Assembly: GCA_965247095.1 (NCBI GenBank)
Contig: OZ251997.1
Span: 4,192,001-4,256,000, forward strand
From: Candidatus Multivorans sp.
GTDB taxonomy: Bacteria > Acidobacteriota > Thermoanaerobaculia > Multivoradales > Multivoraceae
Length of the DNA: 64,000 nucleotides
Direction of reading: 5' to 3'
The translations under genes and the position numbers were made by a program. Positions 43,840 to 53,344 of the stretch are shown piece by piece. Every line of letters begins with the position of its first letter. The first letter of the stretch is position 1. The notes below the pieces were generated by a model that had not been told where the DNA came from, searched no databases, and saw only the letters and a list, made by a program, of their open reading frames with translations.

Positions 43840-46800
43840 CTATGGCGTCTTGATCGGGTCGGCCGGGCGGCCGGGCAGGGTCCGGGGATCCTCGGCCAGT
43901 TTCTCGAGCAGCAGGTCGACTGCCTTCTCGAGTTGCGGATCGCGGCCGTTGAGGATGTCGCGCGGCAGGTTGGTGACTTCGATGTCCGGCTCGACGCCGT
44001 AGCCCTCGATCACCCAGTTGCCCTCGGGGTCGGCGGAGCCGGCCTCGGGTACGTTGACGGTGCCGCCGTCGATCAGGGGCGCCCGGCCGTAGATGCCGAC
44101 CACGCCGCCCCAGCTTCGCTTGCCGACGATCGGCCCTAGGCCGGCGCGGCGGAACTGGTAGGCGAACTGGTCGCCGTCCGAAGCGGTGTCCTCGTCGATC
44201 ACGCAGGCGAGGTAGCCGTGGAAGACGCCGCCGGGCGAGGTGTCGACCGAGTCGCGGTTGCGCTCGAAGTCGAGCATCAGGGTCTCGCGGCGGAGGCGCT
44301 CGATGATCATCGGCGAGACGTTGCCGCCGCCGTTCGAGCGCACGTCGACGACCATCGCCTCGGCGCGGACCTGGCCGTAGTACCACTTGATCCACTCGCG
44401 GATGCCGTCGGCCGACATGTCGGGGATGTGGAGGTAGCCGATCCGGCCGCCGCCGCGTTCGGCGACGATGCGGCGGCTGCGCTCGGTCCAGGCCAGGTAG
44501 ATCAGCGCGTCTTCGCTCGAGATCGGATCGACCAGGACGTTCCGCGCCTCGCCGCGTTCGGCGCTGGAGCCTGTGGTCAGCTCGAGCGGCCCGCGTCCGG
44601 CCTCGCGCAGGAGCTGGAAGGGGTTGCCGTTTGCTGTCAGCTCGCGGCCCTGGATGGCGAACAGGTAGTCGCCCTCGCCAACGCCGACGCCGACCTCGGT
44701 CAGCGGTGAGCGGTATCGCGGTTCCTCGTTCTGGCCGTCGAAGATGCGGGCGATCCGGTAGCGCCCGGCGCCGGAATCGAGTTCGAATCGGGCGCCGAGC
44801 AGGGCCGCCCGCGGCCGGCTCGGGGTCTCGTAGTCGCCGCCGCTGACGTAGGCATGCGAGACGTTGAGCTCCGCGACCATCTCGCTCATCACGTAGTTCA
44901 GGTCGCTGCGGTGGCCGACATGGGCGAGCAGGGGACGGTACTGCTCGCGCAGCGCCTCCCAGTCGTAGCCGTGCATGTTCGGGGCGTAGAAGAAGTCGCG
45001 GAAGCGGCGCCAGACCTCGTCGAAGATCTGCGCCCACTCTTCGGTCGGCACCCGGTCGACGGCCAGGCCGGCGAGGGACAGCGTCTTTGCGTCGCCGCCG
45101 TTGGCATCGAGCAGGCGGAATGACCGGCCCTCCCGGACCAGCAGCTTCTTGCCGTCGCGGGACAGGTCCAGGCCGCCGATGCCCTTTGCCAGGCTCTTGC
45201 CCTCGCGCTTCTTCAGGTCGTAGGCGAAGAGCTCGGGTTGTATGTCCGAGGAGCGGCCCAGGTAGCCGGCGCCGGTGCGCACGTAGAACAACTTCCCCTT
45301 GGCAGCGCCCAGGCCGCCGTAGTTGTCGGCGTCCACGGGTACGCGGGCGACGCGGCTCGCAAGACCGTCGAGGTCGACCCGGTCGCGGGCTTCCCCGTCG
45401 TCGTCGCCGTGGCCGTCGTCTTCGTCGTCGTCATCGCCGGCGTGCTCGCCGTCCTCGTCGCCGTCCTCGTGTTCGCCGTCCTCGTGCTCGCCGTTGCCGT
45501 CTTCGTCCGCCTCGCCGTCGTCCGCCTGGTCGTCGTCCTCGATTTCGACCTCGTCGCTACGGGGCGGGAAGGGGTGGGGCGTGTCCTCGCGCAGGGCGAG
45601 CGCGTAGATGTACGTCTCGCGGTCGGCGGCGTAGTTGAACTCGAAGCTCCCGATCTGCGGCTGGAACTGCCGGTCGGAGAGGAAGTAGAGGTAGTCGCCG
45701 CCGGGGTCGAACACGGGCGAGAAGTCGTTCCAGAGCTCCGACGTCACCCGGGTCATGGTCCGGGTCTCGACCTCGAACAGATGGATCGAACCGAACTCGT
45801 TCGGGTCGCCGAGCTCGACCGCCAGGAAGGCGCCGTTGGGCGACCAGTCGTAGGCGGTGCCGAAGGGCCGTGGATCGTCGGCGACCTCGATGATCTGCCG
45901 CGGGCCGGTCGGCGCGTCACCGCCGCTTCGATCGCTTGCGTCGACGATGCCCAGCCGCCCCTGCTGGTCGACAAAGGCGATGCGGTCACTGGCAGGCGAC
46001 CACAGCAGGTTGTTGTAGTGGCGGCCGACGCTGCCCTCGGTGAGCTGAACCGGTTCGCTGTTGCCGTCCTGGTTCGTGACCCAGATCTCGGTTTCGCCGC
46101 TCTGGTCGGAGACGAAGGCGATGCGCCGGCCGTCCGGCGACCAGGCCGGCTCGCGGTCGTTGGCGCCGGAGCTGCGCGTCAGGTTGCGGGTCGGTCCATG
46201 TTCGATCGGCACGCTGAAGATGTCGCCGCGGGCCGAGAAGGCGGCCCGCTTCGCCTTCGGGCTGAGCGAGAACCCGGACACCAGGTTCGCCGCCGGGACC
46301 CTGCTCGGCCGGCGGGCGAGCTGGTCCGTCGGTACATGGATGGGGATCGCCCGCGCGTTCCCCGAGGCCAGGTCGAGGATCTCGAGCGAGCCGGCCTTCT
46401 CATACACGATCCGGCGGTTCGCCTTGTCCGCGCTCGGCCAGCGCACGTCCCATTCGTCCTCGCCGGTGAGCTGGGCGAGTTCACCCGAATCGACGTCGTA
46501 CGAGTACAGGTTCAGGGTGCCGTCGCGGTCTGAGGAGAAGTAGATCCGGTCGTCGATCCACATCGGGTCGCGGTCCGAGCGCCGATGGTTCGTGACCTGG
46601 ATCGACTCCAGGCTGTCCAGGTCGAGGATCCACAGGTCCTGCGCCCAGCCGCCCTCGTACCGCTTCCAGTGCCGGAAGTCGCGGGTCACCGGCGAGTAGA
46701 CGACGCGCCGGGCGTCGGGCGAGAGATCGCCGCCGCCGGACTCGGGCATCGGCAGCGCCCGGGGCAATCCCCCGGCCGTGTCGACCAGGAACAGCTTCGT

Positions 46801-47262
46801 GTCGCCCAGGTCCCAGCCGTCGCGCAGCGACCGGAACAACACGGACTTGCCGTCAGGAGACCAGCCGTAGACCTGGTAGTCGTAGCCCCAGCGCGGCGCC
46901 AGCGGCCCGGCGGCCGGGTAGAAGGTCAGTTGACGAGGCGCACCGCCCGCCGCCTCTACGACGTAGACCTGCTCGTCGCCGTCGTACTGGCCGGTGAAGG
47001 CGATCATGGAACCGTCGGGCGAGAATTTGGCGAACAGCTCCAGGCCGGCGTGGGAGGTGAGTCGTGTCGCCGTGCCGCCGTCCGTCGAGGCGAGCCAGAT
47101 GTCGCCGGCGTAGGTGAACGCGATCCGGTCGCCGGAGAGGTCCGGGAAGCGGAGCAGCCTGGTCGGCTCGCCGGTCTGCGCCAGTCCGGGCGGCGCCAGC
47201 GCGGCGAGGGCCAGGAGGGTGGCGCCCAGCGTGGCGCGCGGCACTTGACGGGAAACGATCAT
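43840..47262 (-). CDS. Tricorn protease (S41B)
   Basis: PD40 repeats, ELNVSHAY, IGYLHIPDM, DVRSNGGG, ASDGD and GKRSWGGVVG motifs. Confidence 0.95.
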   Translation of the reverse strand: MIVSRQVPRATLGATLLALAALAPPGLAQTGEPTRLLRFPDLSGDRIAFTYAGDIWLASTDGGTATRLTSHAGLELFAKFSPDGSMIAFTGQYDGDEQVYVVEAAGGAPRQLTFYPAAGPLAPRWGYDYQVYGWSPDGKSVLFRSLRDGWDLGDTKLFLVDTAGGLPRALPMPESGGGDLSPDARRVVYSPVTRDFRHWKRYEGGWAQDLWILDLDSLESIQVTNHRRSDRDPMWIDDRIYFSSDRDGTLNLYSYDVDSGELAQLTGEDEWDVRWPSADKANRRIVYEKAGSLEILDLASGNARAIPIHVPTDQLARRPSRVPAANLVSGFSLSPKAKRAAFSARGDIFSVPIEHGPTRNLTRSSGANDREPAWSPDGRRIAFVSDQSGETEIWVTNQDGNSEPVQLTEGSVGRHYNNLLWSPASDRIAFVDQQGRLGIVDASDRSGGDAPTGPRQIIEVADDPRPFGTAYDWSPNGAFLAVELGDPNEFGSIHLFEVETRTMTRVTSELWNDFSPVFDPGGDYLYFLSDRQFQPQIGSFEFNYAADRETYIYALALREDTPHPFPPRSDEVEIEDDDQADDGEADEDGNGEHEDGEHEDGDEDGEHAGDDDDEDDGHGDDDGEARDRVDLDGLASRVARVPVDADNYGGLGAAKGKLFYVRTGAGYLGRSSDIQPELFAYDLKKREGKSLAKGIGGLDLSRDGKKLLVREGRSFRLLDANGGDAKTLSLAGLAVDRVPTEEWAQIFDEVWRRFRDFFYAPNMHGYDWEALREQYRPLLAHVGHRSDLNYVMSEMVAELNVSHAYVSGGDYETPSRPRAALLGARFELDSGAGRYRIARIFDGQNEEPRYRSPLTEVGVGVGEGDYLFAIQGRELTANGNPFQLLREAGRGPLELTTGSSAERGEARNVLVDPISSEDALIYLAWTERSRRIVAERGGGRIGYLHIPDMSADGIREWIKWYYGQVRAEAMVVDVRSNGGGNVSPMIIERLRRETLMLDFERNRDSVDTSPGGVFHGYLACVIDEDTASDGDQFAYQFRRAGLGPIVGKRSWGGVVGIYGRAPLIDGGTVNVPEAGSADPEGNWVIEGYGVEPDIEVTNLPRDILNGRDPQLEKAVDLLLEKLAEDPRTLPGRPADPIKTP

Positions 47263-47326
47263 CGGAACCTCCGGTCGCGGGGCGGCGCTTCGGAGCGATC
47301 AGCGCCGCGGCATTGTCTCACGTTCG

Positions 47327-47352
47327 CTGGGTGCGCCGGCGTCCCCGCCGGC
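47327..47352 (+). repeat. REP-like palindrome variant next to the IS end
   Basis: ctgggtgcgccggcgtccccgccggc; exact reverse complement at 59874-59899. Confidence 0.65.
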
Positions 47353-47376
47353 TCCGTACCGGGCCGCGCGGAGTGC

Positions 47377-48942
47377 TTTCCAATCCTGAAATGAGCGTGA
47401 ACGGGACCGTCATGGAGAGTCGAGTCGGGTCGGTCTCGGGGTAGTTCTGGGGCGGCAGACGGTTCTGCACCGTCTGCCGCCTAGGGTAGCGCCCGCTGCG
47501 AGGCCGCGGCGGTTGCGGGCGTTGTGTTCCGGCCTGGGCCGATGGTGTTGTGCGGTGTATGGCATCGGGCTGCGCGGTCTGCGGTTCAGGCGCTCCGGCG
47601 CCGGTGGGGATCGGACTCCCGGTCGATGAGTTCAAAGAGTCTGGCACGAGCCAGCTTGAGGGCGATCGCGGCGTCGAGGTCGCTCGTGGCGCCGGCCTGG
47701 TCTTGGAGGGCGGCGATGGTGACGCCGGGCCTGAGGTACCGCTCCGCGTCCGGCAGGGACTTGAGCTTCTCGAACGGCGTCATGGTGTCCTGGTAGCGGT
47801 AGCGTTTCCTGGTGCGGCCCTTCCTGTCGGTGACCTCGGTGGGAAACAGGCACGGGCGATGGAAGTTGAGGAAGGGGGTGAGCACATCGCGTGCGAAGAC
47901 GTTGATCTCGCGGGCGAAGAGCTTGGGGATGTGCCGGTATCCGAACTGGCGCCGGATCACGTTGCCGTTCTTGCTCTCGACCAGGGCGTTGTCGTTGGTG
48001 TGCCGGCTGCGGGACTTGGTGAACTCGGGGACGTGCAGTTGGTTGAGCATCTCGGCGACCTTGCGGTTGATGTACTCGGAGCCGTTGTCGGCGTGGAAGC
48101 CCAGCACCTTGAAGGGGCAGGACTCGATGAGCTCCTTGAGCACCGGCACGAGACACCGTTGGGAGATGGCCCGTACCGTCGCCACGTGCTCCCACTGCAA
48201 CACCTCGTCCACGAGGTTGATGTGGTACACGCCCTTCTCGCCGTCTTTGTCCCCCTGATGCACCGTGTCCACCCGCAGGTAGCCCGGCTTCCCCTCCGGC
48301 TGGGGCTTGCGTCGTTCCCCGATCCCGACCGCGGTCGACCGCGTCTTCTTGAACGTCGTCCGGCGCCGCTGGTAGGTGGTCGACTTGCGCAGGTTGTAGA
48401 ACTGGCCGTTCGAGATCACAGCCAGACGCTCGAAGCGCTCGTCGCCGTACACCTCGAACTGGCGCCGCATCACCGCCCGCGTGCTGTGACCGCACATCTG
48501 GCCCAGTGCCGCGTCGACCTCGGCGAGAAGGCCGATGTCGGCCTTCGTGTAACGCCGCCCGAATGCGTGAGGCGGCGCACCGCGGCGGTCCTCGATGCGG
48601 CCCGTCTCCCGGTGCTGCCGGATCAGCCGCGTCAACTGCGACTCGGACTTCCCGGTCATCTTCATCAGGTAGCGCCGAATCATGCCCTTGTCGCGCCTCA
48701 CAAGCGCCCGGTAGCGGAACCTGACCAGCGTCTCACGGATGAACTCGTACGTCGATCCGCGGTCCACCACCACGAAGTCCACCGCCTCGTTGCCGGCCAC
48801 GAAACTGCGGACCTCACAAAGAGTCTGAAGTCGGCCTGTCTGGAGCGTCACGATCATCCTCCGATGATCCCCGATACCGGCGCTTCACGCTCACTTCTCG
48901 CTGGATTCACGCACCCCGCTCACGCTCACTTCTCGCTGGACA
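47377..48942 (-). mobile_element. IS element 1 (rve/integrase-core DDE transposase, IS481/ISNCY-like)
   Basis: Imperfect TIRs tttccaatcctgaaatgagcgtgaacggg and, on the reverse strand, tgtccagcgagaagtgagcgtgagcggg; internal repeat tcacgctcacttctcgctgga at 48885 and 48920. Confidence 0.72.
47586..48857 (-). CDS. DDE transposase / integrase core domain protein
   Basis: GYLRVDTVH, GFHADNGSEYIN and FTKSR....NDNALVESKN motifs. Confidence 0.9.
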   Translation of the reverse strand: MIVTLQTGRLQTLCEVRSFVAGNEAVDFVVVDRGSTYEFIRETLVRFRYRALVRRDKGMIRRYLMKMTGKSESQLTRLIRQHRETGRIEDRRGAPPHAFGRRYTKADIGLLAEVDAALGQMCGHSTRAVMRRQFEVYGDERFERLAVISNGQFYNLRKSTTYQRRRTTFKKTRSTAVGIGERRKPQPEGKPGYLRVDTVHQGDKDGEKGVYHINLVDEVLQWEHVATVRAISQRCLVPVLKELIESCPFKVLGFHADNGSEYINRKVAEMLNQLHVPEFTKSRSRHTNDNALVESKNGNVIRRQFGYRHIPKLFAREINVFARDVLTPFLNFHRPCLFPTEVTDRKGRTRKRYRYQDTMTPFEKLKSLPDAERYLRPGVTIAALQDQAGATSDLDAAIALKLARARLFELIDRESDPHRRRSA

Positions 48943-49016
48943 GCTCTCGCGGGCGAGGCCGGTGCCTTCCTCCTGTATCATTGATGGTCTCCACTCAGAC
49001 ATTCGGAGGGCTCGCG

Positions 49017-50936
49017 ATGCCCGCGACGATGCTCGGACGGTCCGCTCTACTGGCGTTCGCCGTAACCGCCCTTTCCTGCTCCGCCCCTTCGGCCGAGGAC
49101 GCTGCCGACGCTCCGCGGCCCGGGAACGCGGGCGTCCCACCCGTATCCGCCGCCCACCGGGTCGCCCTGTTCGGCGACCTGCACATCCACACGATGTACT
49201 CGCACGACGCGTTCATGGGCACCGTGCGGACGACGCCTGACGACGCCTACCGGTACGCCAAGGGGGAGGCGATTCCGCACCCCTCGGGCGAACAGTTGCG
49301 GCTCTCCGGCGCGCCGCTCGACTTCCTCGCGGTGACCGACCATGCGGAGTACCTGGGCGCTCTGGCAGCGCTGATCGATCCGTCGAGCGCGACCTACGGA
49401 CATCCCCTGACCGAGGATCTCTTCGGCGGGCTTGGCCGCGGCAACCGGGCGCGGTTGGGAGCGCTGGCCCGGATGCGGGAACTGGCGCGTGCGGGCGACC
49501 CGATCAACGGCCCGGAGGTACGGGGAAGCGCCTGGCAGCGGATCATCGAGGCCGCCGAACGGCACAATGACCCGGGCCGGTTCACGGCGCTGATCGGCTA
49601 CGAGTACACGATGGGGGTGAGTAGCCGCCACTTGCACCGGAACGTGATCTTCCGCGGCAGCGAGGTGCCGGAGCTGCCCTTCAGTTCTCTCGACGGCGAT
49701 CCCGAGGACCTCTGGACCTGGCTCGATGGGCTGCGCGAGGAGGGGATCGAGGCGTTGGCCATGCCGCACAACATGAACCAGAGCGACGGTCTGGCCTTTC
49801 CCGACCGGGAGACCTGGAAGGGCGCGGAGATCGACGCGGCGTTCGCGGCCAAGCGGATACGGAACGAACCGGTGGCCGAGATCAGCCAGCAGAAGGGCAC
49901 CTCGGAGGTCCATCCGTCGCTGTCGCCCAACGACGAGTGGGCCGACTTCCAGATCGTCCAGTACTTCCTGGACCGGGTGAACAACACGGATCCGATCTCG
50001 GTCTTCAAGGGCGGCTACTACCGGGACGCGTTGCTGACCGGGCTGGAGATGGGCGAGAGCCTGGGCGTGAACCCCTACGCTCTCGGTGCGATCGGTTCGA
50101 GCGACAGCCACGTCAGCGCCGGTTCCTTCGAGGAGGACAATCGCTTCTCGGGGAGGGCGAATACGCCCCAGTCCCGCGGTTCCGCCTACAGCGAGGAGGA
50201 CGGCGGCTGGGAGAACTTCTGGACGCCGCGCCAGGCGACCCACGGCAGCGGCGGCCTGGCCGGGGTGTGGGCCGGCGAGAACACCCGTGCGGCGATCTTC
50301 GACGCGCTGAAGCGGCGCGAGTCGTTCGCCACTTCGGGCACGCGCATCCGGGTGCGCTTCTTCGGCGGCTTCGGGCTCGAGGAAGCGCTCGGGGGTGAAC
50401 CCGATGCCGTCGCCGCGGCGTACGAGCACGGCGTGCCGATGGGCGGCGACCTCTCGGGCGGTCAAACCGACGAGTCTCCTGGGAACGCGGGCGTCTCGCC
50501 CGCATCCGGCGCCGGCGCCCCGAGCTTCCTGGTCTGGGCGCTGCGCGACCCGGAGAACGGCTGGCTGCAGCGGGCCCAGGTCATCAAGGGCTGGCTGGAA
50601 GACGGCCAAGCGATGGAGCAGGTCTACGACGTCGGCTGCTCGGACGGCCTGGAGCCCGACCCCGAAACCCACCGCTGCGCCGACAACGGCGCCCTGGTGA
50701 ACCTCGCCGACTGCTCCATCAGCCGCGACAAGGGTGCGGTGGAACTGAGCGCCACCTGGACCGACCCGGACTTCGACCCCGGCGCGCGCTCCTTCTACTA
50801 CGTCCGGGTGCTCGAGAACCCCACCTGCCGCTGGTCCACGTGGGACGCTTTGGGACTCGGCATCGAGCCGAACCCCGACCTGCCCGCGACCCACCAGGAA
50901 CGGGCGTGGAGCTCGCCCATCTGGTACACGCCATGA
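49017..50936 (+). CDS. DUF3604 domain (PHP-like) lipoprotein
   Basis: FGDLHIHTMYSHDA, AVTDHAEY, LHRNVIFR, SSDSH, YYVRVLENPTCRWS and QERAWSSPIWY motifs; two in-frame REP copies. Confidence 0.88.
   Translation: MPATMLGRSALLAFAVTALSCSAPSAEDAADAPRPGNAGVPPVSAAHRVALFGDLHIHTMYSHDAFMGTVRTTPDDAYRYAKGEAIPHPSGEQLRLSGAPLDFLAVTDHAEYLGALAALIDPSSATYGHPLTEDLFGGLGRGNRARLGALARMRELARAGDPINGPEVRGSAWQRIIEAAERHNDPGRFTALIGYEYTMGVSSRHLHRNVIFRGSEVPELPFSSLDGDPEDLWTWLDGLREEGIEALAMPHNMNQSDGLAFPDRETWKGAEIDAAFAAKRIRNEPVAEISQQKGTSEVHPSLSPNDEWADFQIVQYFLDRVNNTDPISVFKGGYYRDALLTGLEMGESLGVNPYALGAIGSSDSHVSAGSFEEDNRFSGRANTPQSRGSAYSEEDGGWENFWTPRQATHGSGGLAGVWAGENTRAAIFDALKRRESFATSGTRIRVRFFGGFGLEEALGGEPDAVAAAYEHGVPMGGDLSGGQTDESPGNAGVSPASGAGAPSFLVWALRDPENGWLQRAQVIKGWLEDGQAMEQVYDVGCSDGLEPDPETHRCADNGALVNLADCSISRDKGAVELSATWTDPDFDPGARSFYYVRVLENPTCRWSTWDALGLGIEPNPDLPATHQERAWSSPIWYTP
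49119..49149 (+). repeat. REP-like palindrome, family 1, in-frame in the DUF3604 gene
   Basis: cccgggaacgcgggcgtcccacccgtatccg (PGNAGVPPVS). Confidence 0.7.
50478..50510 (+). repeat. REP-like palindrome, family 1, in-frame in the DUF3604 gene
   Basis: cctgggaacgcgggcgtctcgcccgcatccggc (PGNAGVSPASG). Confidence 0.88.
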
Positions 50937-50985
50937 GGGGGCTTGCTGTGCTTTCGGAGGTGCTGATGCCGAATCGGCAGCGGAA

Positions 50986-51429
50986 TTGGCAGTTCAGGCG
51001 TCGCTCGAGGAGATGGCGTTGGACGTGGCGGCCGCGACGGTCTGGCTAGGCGATCACACGGCGAAGTACGGCGGCGACCCGGAACGGATCTTCCTGATGG
51101 GCCACTCGGCCGGCGCCCACCTCGTCTCCCTCGTGGGCACGAACGGAACCCTGCTGGAGCGGCCGGCGGTTCGCTCGAGGATCTGCGCGGCGTCATCTCG
51201 CTGGACACGGCGATGTACAACGTGCCCCTGCAGATGGAGGTCGCCGGGGAATCCCAGCGTCAGGCATTCGGCGAGGACCCGGCGGTGTGGCGCAGGGCGT
51301 CGCCCTGGCACTACGTCGAAGCGGGCAAGGGGATTCCGCCGTTCCTCGTGTTCATCTCCGACGGCCGCGCGCAGGGCCCGGTGCAACCGATTCCGTTCAC
51401 GAACCGGATGCCCGCGATGGCGGCCCTAG
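50986..51429 (+). pseudogene. Alpha/beta hydrolase (esterase) fragment, frameshifted
   Basis: YGGDPERIFLMGHSAGAHL, then a frame change near 51165 to LRGVISLDTAMYNV...SPWHYV...PPFLV; N-terminus missing. Confidence 0.72.
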
Positions 51430-52721
51430 CCGCCCGAGACGGTCTCTTCCTCGGTCGCCTTCTTCTCGACCGGTTCGAGCTTCAGCACCGCGGCGTTGTT
51501 CTCCTCCGTGAGGATGTAGAGCAGGTCGTCGGGGCCCTGGCGGACGTCGCGGATGCGCTTGCGGATGTCCGTGAGTAGCCACTCGCGGCCGAGCTCTTCG
51601 CCCTTGGGGCTGAAGATGAGCCGTTCGACGTGCCCGGTGTTCGGCATGCGACCGGTCATCAGAGCCCCGGCGAACAGATTGCCCTTCCACTCGGGGAAGG
51701 CGTCGCCGGTGTAGAAGGCGAGTCCGGAAGGGGCGATGGACGGCAGCCAGAAGATCGCCGGCTCCTCCATGCCTTCGGCCCAGAAGCGCTCGGAGATGCG
51801 GACTCCGTTGTAGTGGCGGCCGTAGGAGACCACGGGCCAGCCGTAGTTCTTGCCCGCCTCGATCGCGTTCAGCTCGTCGCCGCCCTGCGGGGCGTGTTCC
51901 GTGGTCCAGGGGACGCCGGTCTCGGGGTGGAGCGCCAGCCCCATCTGGTTCCGGTGGCCCATGGAGTAGACCTCCGGCTTGTGCCCTTCCTTGCCAACGA
52001 ACGGGTTGTCGTCAGGCGCGCTGCCGTCGAGGCGCATGCGCAGCAGCTTGCCGGCGTGGCTGTTCGGGTCCTGGGCCAGTTTGGCCTGGCCGAAGAAGCT
52101 CTGCGTGCCGTCGACGAGGTCGGCGCCGAAGGCGCCGCCCATGGTCATGAACATGATGTCCTCGCCGGGCACGAAGGCGAGCCGGGCGGCGGCGACCGAG
52201 CCGCCCCAGGGCTCGGCGACGAACACGTCCTCGACATCGACCAGGGACGTGCCGTCGAGCCGGCCGCGGACGAGGGCCACGGTACCCTCGCGGCCGGAAG
52301 TCTGCCGAGTGTAGGTCAGGTAGACGTACCCGTTGTCGGCGAAGTGCGGGTGCACCGCGACCTCCATCATGCCGGCGAGACTGCGGGCCAGGACATCGTC
52401 GGGCACGCCGGCGATCGGCTCGTCAACGAGCACGCCGTCGCGGATCAGGCGCAGGGCGCCCTTGCGCTCGGTCACCAGCATGTCGCCCTTGGGCAGGAAG
52501 GCCAGGGACCAGGGATGGTCGAGGCCCCGGGCGACGACGGAGACGCGCACCTCGGGAATCATGTGGGTGTTCATGATCCACGGCTCGTCCGGCAGTTCGA
52601 CCCGGGGGATGCCGCTTCCCCTGCCGCCATACCCGGTTTGGGCGGCGGCCCCGCCGGTGACGGCGGCGGCGAGTAGGAGCATGGCGATCGCGGTCAGTCG
52701 CGTTTTGGTCGTTCGGTTCAT
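51426..52721 (-). CDS. PQQ-dependent soluble sugar dehydrogenase (GSDH/YliI-like)
   Basis: GLDHPWSLAFLP, GHRNQMG, EHAPQGGDELN, NYGWP, PSIAPSG and RIRDVRQGPD motifs. Confidence 0.9.
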   Translation of the reverse strand: MNRTTKTRLTAIAMLLLAAAVTGGAAAQTGYGGRGSGIPRVELPDEPWIMNTHMIPEVRVSVVARGLDHPWSLAFLPKGDMLVTERKGALRLIRDGVLVDEPIAGVPDDVLARSLAGMMEVAVHPHFADNGYVYLTYTRQTSGREGTVALVRGRLDGTSLVDVEDVFVAEPWGGSVAAARLAFVPGEDIMFMTMGGAFGADLVDGTQSFFGQAKLAQDPNSHAGKLLRMRLDGSAPDDNPFVGKEGHKPEVYSMGHRNQMGLALHPETGVPWTTEHAPQGGDELNAIEAGKNYGWPVVSYGRHYNGVRISERFWAEGMEEPAIFWLPSIAPSGLAFYTGDAFPEWKGNLFAGALMTGRMPNTGHVERLIFSPKGEELGREWLLTDIRKRIRDVRQGPDDLLYILTEENNAAVLKLEPVEKKATEEETVSGG

Positions 52722-52749
52722 CGTGTGTCTCCGTCTGGTTTTCGCCGGC

Positions 52750-52780
52750 CCTGGGAACGCGGGCGTCTCGCCCGCATCCG
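52750..52780 (+). repeat. REP-like palindrome, family 1
   Basis: cctgggaacgcgggcgtctcgcccgcatccg. Confidence 0.88.
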
Positions 52781-52781
52781 C

Positions 52782-53231
52782 TTAGCCGTCCTCTTCATCC
52801 GACTCCGACTCGGGGTCCGATTCCGGTTCCGAGTCGGATTCCGGCCACTCCGCACCCTGTTCGATCCACAGACGGATCGTCTCGATCTGCTCGACCGTCA
52901 ACTGGGTGCCCGCCTCGTGCGGCGGCATCCGCATCTCCGCGAATTCGGAACTGACCCGGAGGTAGAGCTCGCTGTCGTCGGGGTCGCCGGGCGCGATATT
53001 GGGATAGCCGCCGAGGTCGGCGAAAGCGCGCTCCTTGATGTCGAGCCTGAGATTCGCCTCCCGGCGCGCACGGTCGGGACCATGGCACTCGTAGCAGAAG
53101 GCCTCGAGAATGGGCTGCACCTGGGTGGCGTAGTCGACCTTGTCCTCGGTGTGGCCGTTCGCCCGCGGGGCCCCGATCCAGCCCGCGGCGAGCAGAGCCA
53201 GCGGAATGGTGAACAGACGGCGTGCTCTCAT
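52782..53231 (-). CDS. Planctomycete-type cytochrome c domain protein
   Basis: VQPILEAFCYECHG, LRLD, PGDPDDSEL, MPP and WIEQGA motifs. Confidence 0.82.
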   Translation of the reverse strand: MRARRLFTIPLALLAAGWIGAPRANGHTEDKVDYATQVQPILEAFCYECHGPDRARREANLRLDIKERAFADLGGYPNIAPGDPDDSELYLRVSSEFAEMRMPPHEAGTQLTVEQIETIRLWIEQGAEWPESDSEPESDPESESDEEDG

Positions 53232-53344
53232 TCCTCCCTTCCCTCCAAGCGGAGAGACCCGCGACGGCTCAGCGGCTCGAGCTGCTCGCAGCGGGTCTCG
53301 GCTAAAGTGTAGCCCTTTTGGTGCAGCGGAGCAGCGGGTAGCCT

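Noticed and set aside
45400-45545. Asp/Glu/His-rich repeat in the tricorn protease as a novel element
   Set aside because: A low-complexity charged linker at this position is common in bacterial tricorn homologues
47550-50936. 1128-aa ORF (and likewise 53351-56761, 52782-54848, 42425-45037, 22222-24039) as giant fusion proteins
   Set aside because: The N-terminal extensions are antisense or off-frame shadows of neighbouring genes in high-GC DNA; the real starts lie downstream, mostly at signal peptides
48943-53344. Composite transposon carried by the two IS elements
   Set aside because: The two elements have different TIRs and diverged transposases, no shared flanking duplication was seen, and the cargo looks like native genes
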